DNA from: an uncultured virus (IMG/VR IMGVR_UViG_3300003375_000024)
Taxonomy: Duplodnaviria; Heunggongvirae; Uroviricota; Caudoviricetes
Strand: one strand, 5' to 3'
IMG/VR virus record: IMGVR_UViG_3300003375_000024
DNA length: 64,000 nucleotides
In this document: positions 20,436-31,580 of the stretch, in pieces
Numbering within the stretch: position 1 is the stretch's first letter
Layout: every line of letters starts with the position of its first letter
Notes under the pieces: model-generated
What the model saw: the letters and a program-made list of their open reading frames with translations, nothing else
The model's database searches: none
Told to the model about the DNA's origin: nothing
Program-made: the position numbers and the translations under genes

Positions 20436-20688
20436 CTTCGTGGATAATCTCGGAAAATTTTAATCTGAACAGTAAGGCATCATGTTCTTCACGAAAGATC
20501 CATTCCATGGCAGTAACACCAGCGAATGAATATTTGTTATCTACTACAATAACATTAGTTATAAAACGATCACCCGGTAACCCGAATAGATCTACAGCTA
20601 GGGCACACATCTCATTCCAGTATTGAATCTCTTGATCATTAGATTCCATACGAACCGTAACTGTGTGTGTAAACTGAGAGTCACGCAA
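20428..20688 (-). CDS. Outlying member of the small paralog family
   Basis: LFGLPG...WIFREEHDALLFRLKFS. Confidence 0.65.
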   Translation of the reverse strand: MRDSQFTHTVTVRMESNDQEIQYWNEMCALAVDLFGLPGDRFITNVIVVDNKYSFAGVTAMEWIFREEHDALLFRLKFSEIIHEDD

Positions 20689-20923
20689 TATAAAGTTTCC
20701 TTATATATTCATCAGCATCCGCATGATTCATTGTGAAGAATAATATGTTATCTGTTATGCCAAAGCTATTACAAAAACTCTGACCATATCGTAATCCGCG
20801 AAGCCCATCAAATAACGCATCTTTTTTCCAAGTTTCGTATTGTTCCTGACTAATATGTTTTGGTCCCACTCTTTTTTCTGAGTTGTTTAATTGATTCACG
20901 ATGTTTGCCCAGGCCGTCATTGA

Positions 20924-21709
20924 TTAATCCCAGAGATTCTGATAGTACTTGCCGAATAAACGGAAACCATTCTGGATTCGATCTTCAACTACTTTCATGC
21001 CAGCATAGTCACATTTGTACGTGTGATTAGGGCCTTCGGCCATGCGAAAAAGTTTAGCATCTTTCTCGTCTACATCTACATCATTACCATCACGATCAAC
21101 AGGAACCCAAACAGTATCGAACTCGCCCGAGCGGAATTCATCTTCCCAGGAATCATCGACCTTACATTCAAATGCAAAAATCATTTCCCCCATGACCCAA
21201 TCCCAACGTTTGAAATGATTGTCATCTGTGTCGTATTCATTCTCTTTTGGACCAGCTTCTGTGCTACGCAGACCAATGCCGTCTGGTACATCTTCGTCAT
21301 CAACTAAAGGTGCGCCATGCTTTGCCTCATTCAACTGTTTCAACATGGGCAGAACGATATACGCTAGGGTATTATCAAGTGACCAAGTATCATATTTGTG
21401 AATCTTTACCTTGATTGTTCGTGTACGATGTTTCTCAACCCATAGACAAAACTTATGAAGCCACGAGTTTTTATCTTCTCCGCCAGCTAACCATTCGCCA
21501 AAGTTGTGAACCCACTCGGGGTCTCGTTTAATACCATATTCATCTTCGACTTTCTTGGCCCAAAAGCAAAGTGCAGATGCAATTTGGAAGGGGCCAATCC
21601 AATTCTTGTAGGGTCCAATGTATACTTTCAATTTACCATTCTCCGTTATCAATCCAAATTGTAATACGTACAAACAACCAGCTGGCATGCCATGAATGTA
21701 ACCAGCCAT
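20924..21709 (-). CDS. Conserved phage hypothetical protein
   Basis: DTWSLD.TLA.IVLPMLKQL...HGAP and GFRLFGKYYQNLWD; the real start is probably near MKVYIGPY. Confidence 0.7.
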   Translation of the reverse strand: MAGYIHGMPAGCLYVLQFGLITENGKLKVYIGPYKNWIGPFQIASALCFWAKKVEDEYGIKRDPEWVHNFGEWLAGGEDKNSWLHKFCLWVEKHRTRTIKVKIHKYDTWSLDNTLAYIVLPMLKQLNEAKHGAPLVDDEDVPDGIGLRSTEAGPKENEYDTDDNHFKRWDWVMGEMIFAFECKVDDSWEDEFRSGEFDTVWVPVDRDGNDVDVDEKDAKLFRMAEGPNHTYKCDYAGMKVVEDRIQNGFRLFGKYYQNLWD

Positions 21710-21814
21710 CGGGCCACTCTTGATTGTTGTCCTTGTATGCTTTAGGTACCCAATACCAATGGCATGGGTTAACTAATAGTGTAACATTAATTCCTGAATA
21801 GCGCAACCATTTAA

Positions 21815-21946
21815 TTAGTCTTGACATTTGTTTTTATCCCTTTGTATGTATACGCATTTACCCGGCTTGTTATTAAAACTAGGCACGTCACATGCTGTCA
21901 AGGTCAATACCATGATCAGTAATGCAAATTTAGTTAGTTTTGGCAT
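21815..21946 (-). CDS. Small lipoprotein
   Basis: MPKLTKFALLIMVLTLTA-C lipobox; 43 aa, below the ORF-track cutoff. Confidence 0.55.
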   Translation of the reverse strand: MPKLTKFALLIMVLTLTACDVPSFNNKPGKCVYIQRDKNKCQD

Positions 21947-23776
21947 CGTTAGTCTGTTTAAATTCCTTAACATCTTTAACCGCATTTAACAATGTGTTGG
22001 CATAGTTAACTGTCTGCTGCTCTGACATGATGATACTAGCCTCGTATTCTATATATCCCCGAGTTAACAGCTGCCACATGATTTGAAAACGATTGTGGCT
22101 CCAAAATTTAGACTTTTGTTTTGTGTGTGTAGTCACAGTAACACTATGGTTATCTGCTTCTACCCAGACATCATGGGCACAATCTTCGCCGCAACAACTG
22201 CAGGGGATATGGTACATTTTAGTATCGCCCCAGTCATTGCGTTTTAATATTCCTACTGCTGGTGTTTCTGGTGTCATTCTATAAAATCCTCGTTATAGTT
22301 GGCCTTAAGAGCATCAAGTAGTTCACCGTGCTTTTCCGCTTGCCAACGCTCAAGCCAAGCACTGTCATCACAGTCTTTTACATGTTTAACAACCTTGGCT
22401 CTAGATGAACTTTCAATAATTTCATGTACAGAAATGTTGAACAAAGTTTCACCTGTAACTCTATTATAAACTCGGATCATCATGTTGTCACGATCATTTT
22501 GCCAAGTCATGTCAGCGTACTTACTCTTGTCGTTGGCGTTTCTAAAACTTTCATCGTTGGAGATAATTTTAGCCATTTTTAATTCCAAAATTTCCAAAAA
22601 GGTTTATGTGGCTTAACCACTTCATTATGATTTAGTAATGCTGTGCCGTCAACGACTTCATAGATCTCAACGGAAACTTTAGCGTCAGGATTCATTGTTT
22701 CCAATCGCGCAATTAAATCTGTTGAATCACCAGTCTTTAGTAATGCGATTAATTCTTTAGCTTTCATTCTTCAAATCCCTTGATTTAATACTAAAGCCCT
22801 GTGTTAAAAACTCATTGACATCTAACCCTTCTCGTTCACACATTTCGGATAGAGATAGATTCTTAGCAAAATACTTACTTGTCATTTTAAGTAATCTAGT
22901 TTCAATACAATCAGGATCTGTGCCATTTTCATAGCTATCCCAATTATCCCAATTCAACCGACCAACGAATAGACCAATTTGATATCGTTGATTTTCTTCA
23001 AAGTATGTACTCATTCGTAATTCCTAATCTTTGACACAAGTGATTTTATTTGGGCTATACATTAGCACAAAGTTTCCAATACCAAAAAATCCTAGTATAG
23101 CTAATAATAGCACACCAGAACCTATTAAAGCAAGAAAAGTTTTCATTTGTAATTCTTATCTATGTTTACGTTGGCGAGGCCAGCTACAGTTTGAAAATGT
23201 TCCCATGCTGTTTTGGCGGCAAGATTGTTTTCAAGTTCACTACTGGGCAATACAGCCTCAAGCCAAACCTCATCACGACGTACAGCATGTGCTCCAAACT
23301 TGCGTGGCTGATGTAAACGACCTGAATCATATAACTCAATGGTTACGTCTCTAAATCGCTGTTCATCTGAATCGTTATAATTACTCCATTCTGGATAACT
23401 GAAAAAAGCATCCTTACTGTAGCCAGCCCAAATACCACGCCACTCGTCATCATCATGTGGGTTAAAATCTGTGCGGGCAATAATAATCAATACATCATTG
23501 ATGTCTACTGTACCTTCAATGATATCTTTTAAACACCTGGAATAGCTCAAGCCTATTTTCATTCTTCACTCCGAAAAATATGTTGCATATCTAAATCTTA
23601 TATGTGGTGGTAGTTGTGTTGCCTGTCTTGGGATCAACTGACTCAATAACAACACCTTTCTTAAGTTCCTGATGTAGTCGTTTACCGGCGTCATCGCATG
23701 ACTGGCAAAGTTTGAAAGTTCCCAGTACCATGATGTAATTACCGTTATGTGGCTGTCTACAATTTATACAATTCAT
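21930..23776 (-). other. Run of small hypothetical phage CDSs (21930-22277, 22274-22597, 22579-22767, 22757-23014, 23143-23562, 23591-23776)
   Basis: Packed co-directional ORFs. Confidence 0.55.
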
Positions 23777-24024
23777 TCTTTAACTCCAAATAGTCTTTAA
23801 ATGTCAAGTCAATGACTTTGCGTAGGCAACCGCGTCAGCTAAATTAGCAAAATCACGTAGGTGTTGTTCTTCGCCGCCATATAATGGGATTTCATATACC
23901 GCGAAAGTTCCATCATCCATCTCATACACTAATCCAGCAGATTCTTCGCCATGATCAAGAGTGAATACTAATTTCATTGTTTACTCCGTTTTGTTAAGTT
24001 ATAGCTATTGTAAGCCTGAATGAT

Positions 24025-24801
24025 TTAAATGTCAAATCCAAAACTAGGATCAAACTCTTTTACTCGTTGTTCGTATCCATAATATCCACGCGGATTACAT
24101 AGTAATCTAGTTTCACCCACTACAAAGTCTTTGAAGTCATGTGTATGCCCGAAACACCATGTCTTGATGTTAGGATGACTAATGATAATATCATCTAGAT
24201 CAGAGGCAAACGCACCGTTAAGTGTGTAATCATCTTTATATTCTTCTGAGATAGCTTGATTGCTAGGCAGCATGTGTGTAATAACAACAAGCTTCTTATA
24301 AGGATTAGCATCAGCCTCAGCTACAATGTAATCTCTAGTAGCACGATGTAAGACAGTAGTATGCTCTGGTGTCAGTTTATGATATGCATTAGCGGCACGA
24401 TTGAACATGGTGATGTGCTTGTAATCGCTCATGTCAAACTTACACCGCATCATGGTACGCCCATCTCCACGATTCATATCAGTCCAAAGTGTGCCGCCTA
24501 CAAACATAACATCATCAATCACATGCGTTTGATTTTCCATTACCTGCACATTTTCTGGCATATATTCTTCAACCAGTTCTTTTGTTCTATCAATACGCAT
24601 ACCGTAACTTTCGTGATTTCCACAAATATAAAGAACTTGCCTATATTTTGTAAGATTTTCAAACACCCAATCTTGAATCTTGGTTTGTTTTAAGTTCTTA
24701 GCTTCACATAGATCTCCTGCCAAAATTAGTACATCACCACCTGGTAAAGTAAAATCTGTGCTGAATTCCAAGTGTAGGTCAGAAATTAGGTTTATTCTCA
24801 T
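24025..24801 (-). CDS. Calcineurin-like metallophosphoesterase
   Basis: SDLHLE, LAGD, GNHE, TH and GHTH motifs; NPRGY. Confidence 0.9.
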   Translation of the reverse strand: MRINLISDLHLEFSTDFTLPGGDVLILAGDLCEAKNLKQTKIQDWVFENLTKYRQVLYICGNHESYGMRIDRTKELVEEYMPENVQVMENQTHVIDDVMFVGGTLWTDMNRGDGRTMMRCKFDMSDYKHITMFNRAANAYHKLTPEHTTVLHRATRDYIVAEADANPYKKLVVITHMLPSNQAISEEYKDDYTLNGAFASDLDDIIISHPNIKTWCFGHTHDFKDFVVGETRLLCNPRGYYGYEQRVKEFDPSFGFDI

Positions 24802-25138
24802 AGTTCATGCTCAATTCATCAATTAAGGCTGGTTCGCCTTTTAGTAACAGTAAGCACGATGGCTTATCTGGATACCGGGCCTTATAGTCCTCGGTGAGGT
24901 CGTTTAGTGTAACACCTTGACAAATGAATTGATTGTTATCATCGTAACAATAAAGATGACCCTCGATTCGTTCAATATTTGCTACAACCTTGGTTAAAAC
25001 TTCATCTTCTGCTTGTTCCTTCTCAATCATAATCATCATCTTGCGCTTGAACGAATACCAAATTACATAGCCCACTGCCCACGTAATTAGTGCTAGCACC
25101 AAGATGCCATGTAAAAATCCTGTCATATATTCTGTCAT
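24779..25138 (-). CDS. Hypothetical membrane-anchored protein
   Basis: N-terminal TM segment. Confidence 0.55.
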   Translation of the reverse strand: MTEYMTGFLHGILVLALITWAVGYVIWYSFKRKMMIMIEKEQAEDEVLTKVVANIERIEGHLYCYDDNNQFICQGVTLNDLTEDYKARYPDKPSCLLLLKGEPALIDELSMNYENKPNF

Positions 25139-25518
25139 ACAATTAATCCTGATCTAGTAAGATGCCATAAAATAGCAAGGTAAGTTAGTGAATGTAAAAA
25201 TTGATCTAAGCCTAGCAACCACCAAAATTGTTCATGTGTAGTTGCTGTCCAGCCCATTCGTCTGTTAATGTTCATCTTAGCCCAGTCAATGTGATAATGA
25301 ATAAACCCATCAATCAATCCGGAGATATACGCTTCTCCATTGCTAAGGAATGGCAAAAAACAAAGATAAGTGCCAATGCCGTGTAATGCGGCATGCAACA
25401 CTCCTCCGAAATGACCGTATGTGCCTTTGTTACTCCATTGAAATTTATTTTGCAGCAGAAAATCCACTACAAAATGTTTTATGGTTAGTAACAATAATAT
25501 TACTAATACTGTGTTCAT
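25135..25518 (-). CDS. DUF3307-like membrane protein
   Basis: KHFVVDFLLQ, H..LH, HYHIDW.K and GLDQFLH motifs. Confidence 0.8.
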   Translation of the reverse strand: MNTVLVILLLLTIKHFVVDFLLQNKFQWSNKGTYGHFGGVLHAALHGIGTYLCFLPFLSNGEAYISGLIDGFIHYHIDWAKMNINRRMGWTATTHEQFWWLLGLDQFLHSLTYLAILWHLTRSGLIV

Positions 25519-25894
25519 TGTTCGTCCTTACATGCTCTACCGTATTTCTTAGACAGCCGTTCAAACTCAGCACGATCACGCTCTTCTTGAGTTTTTTCAC
25601 GCTGTTTTAGATTAGCAACACGAGCAGCATATTCCTCATCAGTCTCGGGAACTCGCTTGAAAATTCCCCAGCTGTATGATTCATTGTACGGCTCTTGATA
25701 TTGCTCAAGCCATGCATCTGGACCATAATGGTGAAACCATTCTTCGGCTTTGTCTTTTAGTTCAGATAAAGTTAAGTACTCTAATCCAAGATAATAATCT
25801 ACCTGTGTCTTTACCTCAAGTCGTTTGTGCTTAGCCATTACATTCTCGTGTGTTTTGTTAAGATAACAAATTATAACTGTAGTTAGTTTAATTG

Positions 25895-26197
25895 TCAAGC
25901 AACAGTGGTAATCATCAGCATTACCATGCTTAATACACTTTCATCCTGATAGTAAATTCTGTTGCGTTCAAGATCTAATTTCCAGTTTGGATTAGACATA
26001 TACTCACCATACATCATTGTCGGTATATAATCGGGATTTTTCATAAAAGATGGACCATATATCTTTTCAAATACCTTAGCGTATTCTTTACGCTCTGCAC
26101 AATCGTAAATTTGCCATACAGTCTGGCCAGCAAACTGAAGAGCATATCTGTATTGATCACCATAAGCATGTCTACGATCTGTTTTGATGATTTTCAT
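25895..26197 (-). CDS. MKIIKxD-subfamily small protein (paralog of 26214-26519, 42753-43019, 43006-43404)
   Basis: Shared ERKEYAK.FEKIYGPS and NRIYYQDESVLSMVMLMIT. Confidence 0.7.
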   Translation of the reverse strand: MKIIKTDRRHAYGDQYRYALQFAGQTVWQIYDCAERKEYAKVFEKIYGPSFMKNPDYIPTMMYGEYMSNPNWKLDLERNRIYYQDESVLSMVMLMITTVA

Positions 26198-26213
26198 AGT
26201 TTAAGTTTAATTG

Positions 26214-26519
26214 TCAAGCAGGCGTAATCATTAGCATTACCATTGAAAGGACAGATTCATCCTGATAGTAAATTCTGTTATGTTTCTTGTCAAACATCCA
26301 TTGTGGATTATCAATATGTGTTAACCACCAATGTGATTTTCCTTGCTCATAGTCAAGATTCTTTATCCTAGATGGACCATAAATTTTTTCAAATATCTTA
26401 GCGTATTCTTTACGCTCCTCACACCGAGTAATTTGACGCATAGTTTTGCCACGAAACTGAAGGGCATATTTGTAACGAGGGTAGTTGGCAAATCTACCAT
26501 CTAATTTAAGTATTTTCAT
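26214..26519 (-). CDS. MKIIKxD-subfamily small protein (tandem duplicate)
   Basis: Near-identical C-terminus to 25895-26197. Confidence 0.7.
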   Translation of the reverse strand: MKILKLDGRFANYPRYKYALQFRGKTMRQITRCEERKEYAKIFEKIYGPSRIKNLDYEQGKSHWWLTHIDNPQWMFDKKHNRIYYQDESVLSMVMLMITPA

Positions 26520-26994
26520 TTGTATTAACTGGTTTAACTTTAGTCTTGGTAACAGTATATCCGTTGTCTTTTAAAAACTTGCGACTGGCTGCTACTTTGT
26601 TCTTTAATTGCTCAGCAGTAAGCTGTTTCTCTTTTTCCTTGCGCTGTTTTTCTTCAAGTTTTCGTTGTGCTGTAAGAATTTCACGATGAATTTCAGCACA
26701 ACGAATGTCATCAGTTTTAACAAAATCATCATACCCAGTGTCAGACATATCTTCACACATATCGCCATCATCCGTGTAGTATTCAACAACTTCTCTAACA
26801 TGACCAATAATCATTTCAGTAAATTTAGGATCCGATAAGATTCGTTCTGTATATACCTTCTTTGACGGCATACCAGCTTTCTGTAAAACTTCTGGAGGAA
26901 ATGTGCCATATGTATGCTCAAGAAAGCTATCTAGAATGGCTTCAATTGCGTCTACAGGAACTTCAACTTCTACTTTAATAGGCGTAATACTCAT
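26506..26994 (-). CDS. Hypothetical protein
   Basis: ORF behind an early promoter at about 27045. Confidence 0.6.
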   Translation of the reverse strand: MSITPIKVEVEVPVDAIEAILDSFLEHTYGTFPPEVLQKAGMPSKKVYTERILSDPKFTEMIIGHVREVVEYYTDDGDMCEDMSDTGYDDFVKTDDIRCAEIHREILTAQRKLEEKQRKEKEKQLTAEQLKNKVAASRKFLKDNGYTVTKTKVKPVNTNENT

Positions 26995-27052
26995 AACTGC
27001 TCCATATTGTTAATATAATGTATTATAGATGATACTGATTTAATTGTCAATA

Positions 27053-27078
27053 AAAAAGCCAGCATTGCACTGGCTTTT
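27053..27078. terminator. Intrinsic terminator
   Basis: aaaaagccag-cattgca-ctggctttt. Confidence 0.65.
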
Positions 27079-27103
27079 ACTTATAATACCACCGAACGGA
27101 GTA

Positions 27104-27379
27104 TTACAGAGTGATACCCATAGCTTTGGCTTTATAACCTAATGCCACGAGTTCTTGTGATGGAGTGCCCATTACAAAATATGTAACTTTCTTGTTGTTA
27201 CCAGCCGTGTATGTTTTGCTATAAACAGCAAAACCATGTTGACGAACTCGTGAAACTTCTGCTGAAAGATTCTTAATACCCAACATGGCATCAGCTTCGG
27301 TAGCAGTAATTGGGGCACCAGACTGAAGATGCTTGAACAATTGATAAGTTTTAGACTCTTTATTGAACTTCTTAATCAT
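27104..27379 (-). CDS. Winged-helix/HTH DNA-binding protein
   Basis: LQSGAPITATEA...GIKNLSAEVSRVRQHGFAVY. Confidence 0.65.
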   Translation of the reverse strand: MIKKFNKESKTYQLFKHLQSGAPITATEADAMLGIKNLSAEVSRVRQHGFAVYSKTYTAGNNKKVTYFVMGTPSQELVALGYKAKAMGITL

Positions 27380-27530
27380 TACGATTTCCTTTATAATTTA
27401 AATACTATCTGTTGTAGCTTCAATTAAGCTATAAGTTATTATATGCTAGGTTAAGTTAAAAAACAATGATTTTGGTAAAATCTACTATAGCTGAATTCAA
27501 CTAAATACATAAAATAACAAGGATTTGCGT

Positions 27531-30500
27531 ATGGCACAAGTGATAATTAATACCGGCAATGTTGCCAATGACGGCTTAGGAACGCCTCTTAGAAACGCTT
27601 TTGATCAAGTAAATTACAATTTTACACAACTTTTTAACGCTGGTCCTTCTGGCAGTAACATTGTCATTGCTAACAACAGTATAACAGTAACTAATACAAA
27701 TGGCAACTTAAGATTAGCCACAAATGGCATTGGATCTATAGTTCCTGCTGCTAATTTTGTGCCTGATGTGCCTAATATACGCTCAATAGGAGCCGGAACT
27801 AATCGTTTTAATACAGTTTACGCTCAGTATATAAACGCCAATACCGGCACATTTGCTGGAAATGTCTATGTGGCAGGCAACCTTGAGGTAACAGGAAATG
27901 TGGTTACCGTTAATTATTCTAATTTATCTGTTGCTAATTCAAATATTACACTAGCAACCGGTGCTGCCAATGCGGCACAAGCTAATGGTGGTGGACTATT
28001 AATCCCTATAGCAAGAGCTAACCTCACATACAATTATTCAGCTAACAGCTGGAACAGCACAATTGCTATCACAGCACCTACTTTTATAGGTGATGGAAGC
28101 AATTTAACCAATGTTATTGCCAATGTACAAGCCAATGCGTTATTGGGTAACACATTTAGTAATACGGTGAACTACTCAAATTTAACTAGTTTTGGATTGG
28201 TATCTGCGTTATCTGCCACTGGTAATTTATCTACTACAGGCAATGTATATGCCAACGCTATTGTTGGTAATAGAATTACCGCTAATTACCTAGCTGGTAA
28301 TGGCAGCAATATCACTAATATTACAGCCAATGCTATAGTGGGCAATGTACCGTTTGCTGTTAACGCTGGCTCTGCATACACCGCTAATCTAGCGGCATTA
28401 GCAACACAGGCCATCAATGCCGACACCGCCTTATTCGCAATCAATGCCAACTTAGCAGCATGGGCTAACACAGCAACAATAGCACAAACAGCCAACGCAG
28501 CAACTTACGCTGTTCAAGCAGACAATGCCAACTCAGCCGTTGTAGCTGGAATGGCATATGAATTAAGCCCGGCAGCTAATTTATCAATTGCCGGCAACAT
28601 TACAACAGGTGGGTATTTCATCGGCGACGGTGGATTGTTATCTAATGTGGTAGTCACAACCAGCTACGGTAATAGTAATGTTGTAACATTACTAGGTGCG
28701 TTTGGTTCTAACACAATTAATACCACTGGAGCAATCAGTGTTGGCGATGTTACTTTAACTAATATTTACTCTCCTAACTATTTTGCTAACGCTATAGCGT
28801 TTGCTAATGCTAACGGTTATATTACTACTTCTAGTTTATTCAAGTATAATCCCGGAACAGAAGTTATTACAGTAGGTGCTGTATCTGCTACTGGTAATAT
28901 AACCGCAAACTATTTTATTGGCAACGGTAGTCAATTAACCGGATTAGCAGCAACTTATGGCAATTCTAACGTAGCGGCTTATTTGCCAACATACACAGGT
29001 AATGTTTCAGCAAATTACTTTATTGGCGATGGCTCGTTATTAACTGGATTGCCAGCAACATACGGCAACTCTAATGTAGCAGATTATCTTTCAAGTGGCT
29101 CGGTTACTACTGATTATCTTACATCGGGCAATATTAGTGCTAGTGGAAATGTTAGTGGCGGATATGCTTTCTTTAGCGATATTCAGTTAAACGATTTATC
29201 CGCAAATGCTATACTTTATACTGATGCTAATCGTAATGTATTCAACACTGACTTTAGTTATAATCCAGATACACAAACTATGTCGGGCGCAAATATTTCT
29301 TTAACAGGAAATGTTACAGCAAATTACTTTATTGGCGACGGAAGTCAATTAACCGGATTAGCAGCAACTTATGGTAATAGTAATGTAGAATCATATCTAC
29401 AAAACTTATCAACAGATGTATCAACCAGTGGGAATGTTACTGCTGCCAATTTTGTAACTTCCGGAGTGCAAGGTAATATTACTGGTGCTAATGTTATTTC
29501 TGCCATAACATTTGTCGGTGATGGCAGCCAATTATCTAATATATCAATCAACACAATTTTCAATGGTACGAGCAATGTTTCGGTTCCCACTGCCAACAGC
29601 AATATTAATATCACAACAGGCGGAACAAATACTTGGAACTTTGACAATACTGGTATGTTAACATTGCCAGGAGGAGGCATAATTACTTCTGCTCTTGGCT
29701 CACCACAGCAAGGACTCTGGCTAGGATTCAATGGACATAGATTACTATTAAACAATGACGGTCAATTTTGGACAGGTGGAATTGAGCTTGGCGGTAACGG
29801 ACTACCGGGTTATATAGGATCATATGGTAATATAACGCTAAATGCTAATATTGGTAATTCTCCAAATGATTCAAAATGGATATTTGGAGCAGATGGTAAT
29901 ATGACCGCACCGGGTAATATCAATGTATCTGGTAACATATCTTCTTCTGGAAATGTTTACGCTGGAAACTTGACTGCTAGATTAAGTAATGGCAATAGTG
30001 CAATTAATATAGCCAATAATGGGAATGTCAACGTTGGCATAGGACCATTTAGTACTACAATATTAAATATTGCCGGCACTGGTATTAGTGTATTTGGTAA
30101 TATAAGTACCAACGGTTATGTAAGTGCCACAGGTAATGTTACAGCCAATATCTTTGTTGGTAACGGGTCAGGATTAACTAATGTAGCTCAACAAACAAGA
30201 GGTTCTTGGAGCGTAGTCGCTGGTACTAATACCTACAGTTTCACTGTGCCAGCTGGTACATGGCAGATGTGGGTTACAGGTAATATACCCAACGGCATCA
30301 TTGCATGGAATGCTACAGCTACTGTCACTAATACCAACGTGCCTGTAGTAGGACAACAATATGCCTGGGTCTATGATGGCGCAGGATCTCCTATTGATTT
30401 TGTTAGTATACCCAATCAATTTGTTGGCACAGCAAACAGTATAGTTAGAAGCAATGTAGCCCCAAGCAGTAATACTAATACATTTACATTTAGTATTAAT

Positions 30501-30551
30501 AATACCAGTGGTAATACTCAAACAGTATATTACGGTTATACAGCACTTTAA
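27531..30551 (+). CDS. Long tail-fibre/baseplate-attached fibre-like protein
   Basis: N-terminal IINTGNVANDGLGTPLRNAFDQVNYNFTQLF motif; repeats GNxTANYFIGxGSQLTG and TYGNSNV; TAAATA upstream. Confidence 0.72.
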   Translation: MAQVIINTGNVANDGLGTPLRNAFDQVNYNFTQLFNAGPSGSNIVIANNSITVTNTNGNLRLATNGIGSIVPAANFVPDVPNIRSIGAGTNRFNTVYAQYINANTGTFAGNVYVAGNLEVTGNVVTVNYSNLSVANSNITLATGAANAAQANGGGLLIPIARANLTYNYSANSWNSTIAITAPTFIGDGSNLTNVIANVQANALLGNTFSNTVNYSNLTSFGLVSALSATGNLSTTGNVYANAIVGNRITANYLAGNGSNITNITANAIVGNVPFAVNAGSAYTANLAALATQAINADTALFAINANLAAWANTATIAQTANAATYAVQADNANSAVVAGMAYELSPAANLSIAGNITTGGYFIGDGGLLSNVVVTTSYGNSNVVTLLGAFGSNTINTTGAISVGDVTLTNIYSPNYFANAIAFANANGYITTSSLFKYNPGTEVITVGAVSATGNITANYFIGNGSQLTGLAATYGNSNVAAYLPTYTGNVSANYFIGDGSLLTGLPATYGNSNVADYLSSGSVTTDYLTSGNISASGNVSGGYAFFSDIQLNDLSANAILYTDANRNVFNTDFSYNPDTQTMSGANISLTGNVTANYFIGDGSQLTGLAATYGNSNVESYLQNLSTDVSTSGNVTAANFVTSGVQGNITGANVISAITFVGDGSQLSNISINTIFNGTSNVSVPTANSNINITTGGTNTWNFDNTGMLTLPGGGIITSALGSPQQGLWLGFNGHRLLLNNDGQFWTGGIELGGNGLPGYIGSYGNITLNANIGNSPNDSKWIFGADGNMTAPGNINVSGNISSSGNVYAGNLTARLSNGNSAINIANNGNVNVGIGPFSTTILNIAGTGISVFGNISTNGYVSATGNVTANIFVGNGSGLTNVAQQTRGSWSVVAGTNTYSFTVPAGTWQMWVTGNIPNGIIAWNATATVTNTNVPVVGQQYAWVYDGAGSPIDFVSIPNQFVGTANSIVRSNVAPSSNTNTFTFSINNTSGNTQTVYYGYTAL

Positions 30552-30568
30552 TAAAAGGATAACAAATT

Positions 30569-30976
30569 ATGGTAGCACCAATACAAATAGGACCTGGAAT
30601 ACAGTTTGGCGCTGGTATCAATATCGGCGCCGATGTAGCTCCAATTACCGGCGGAACTGTGACTTATCTTGAAATGAATCCTCCTGTAATACCAGGAAAT
30701 CAACTAGAAGATGTTACTGCAACAGTTAATGATCCTATTGGATTTACTATTAACGACAGTGGTGCAACCGGAGTGGCGGTAGTCAATCTTTCACCAGCCA
30801 ACCAAACATTTTTTGCCAATCAAGGAACAGGCATATTTGCTGCATCATTTGGTCCGGGTAGTACTCACGCAACCGCAACAGTTAATATAGTGCAAACCGG
30901 TTCTTATCTAGTTTTCTTTATAGATAATGGAATAAGTTATCCCGCAACCTTTAATTACCCATTTACCATAGCATAA
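30569..30976 (+). CDS. Hypothetical virion-associated protein (paralogous N-terminus with 31076-31570)
   Basis: MVAP.IxIxxGIxxGxGIxIG N-terminus. Confidence 0.6.
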   Translation: MVAPIQIGPGIQFGAGINIGADVAPITGGTVTYLEMNPPVIPGNQLEDVTATVNDPIGFTINDSGATGVAVVNLSPANQTFFANQGTGIFAASFGPGSTHATATVNIVQTGSYLVFFIDNGISYPATFNYPFTIA

Positions 30977-31075
30977 GGAATATAAATTATGTATATAAAC
31001 ACAGCAGATCCAGTACCAGGTGACCCAGGTTTCTGGGAATTTCATCGTAATAAATTACCAAAATAAGGAACAATC

Positions 31076-31570
31076 ATGGTAGCACCAGGAATTAAAATAG
31101 AAGGTGGAATTAGTATAGGTGGATCGATTAGTATCGGCACAACTCCTACGTTTACCGTAAGTCCAGGCGACATTAGTTCGCCTTATATATGGGGAAGTCA
31201 TTATAGCAACTATTCTTCTGCAGGATTTACCAGCGACCCAGGTGGTTACGTTTATCAGTTAATTCAATACACAATAACATCAGGATTAGAATCTGCAATT
31301 ACTGCTGCGTTCAATACAGCTGGCATAGATCCTACTTATGGTTATGCTTTTCGTGTATCGTGGCAATCAGGCGGGACCGGGATAATTCGAGTAGCAATAA
31401 ACGGGCTTGCTCCAAATAGTTTGCTGTTGAGTCCAATAGATACAACAGATACGCAATGGCAATCAGGTAGCATCAACGGGCCTAAACAAGCAGGAACTTT
31501 TGCTTTCCCTGCAACATTTACACTTTATCAGCCTGTTACATCTATGCAACCTAACAACAATTGGTGCTAA
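31076..31570 (+). CDS. Hypothetical virion-associated protein
   Basis: MVAPGIKIEGGISIGGSISIG N-terminus. Confidence 0.6.
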   Translation: MVAPGIKIEGGISIGGSISIGTTPTFTVSPGDISSPYIWGSHYSNYSSAGFTSDPGGYVYQLIQYTITSGLESAITAAFNTAGIDPTYGYAFRVSWQSGGTGIIRVAINGLAPNSLLLSPIDTTDTQWQSGSINGPKQAGTFAFPATFTLYQPVTSMQPNNNWC

Positions 31571-31580
31571 ACTATAACTG

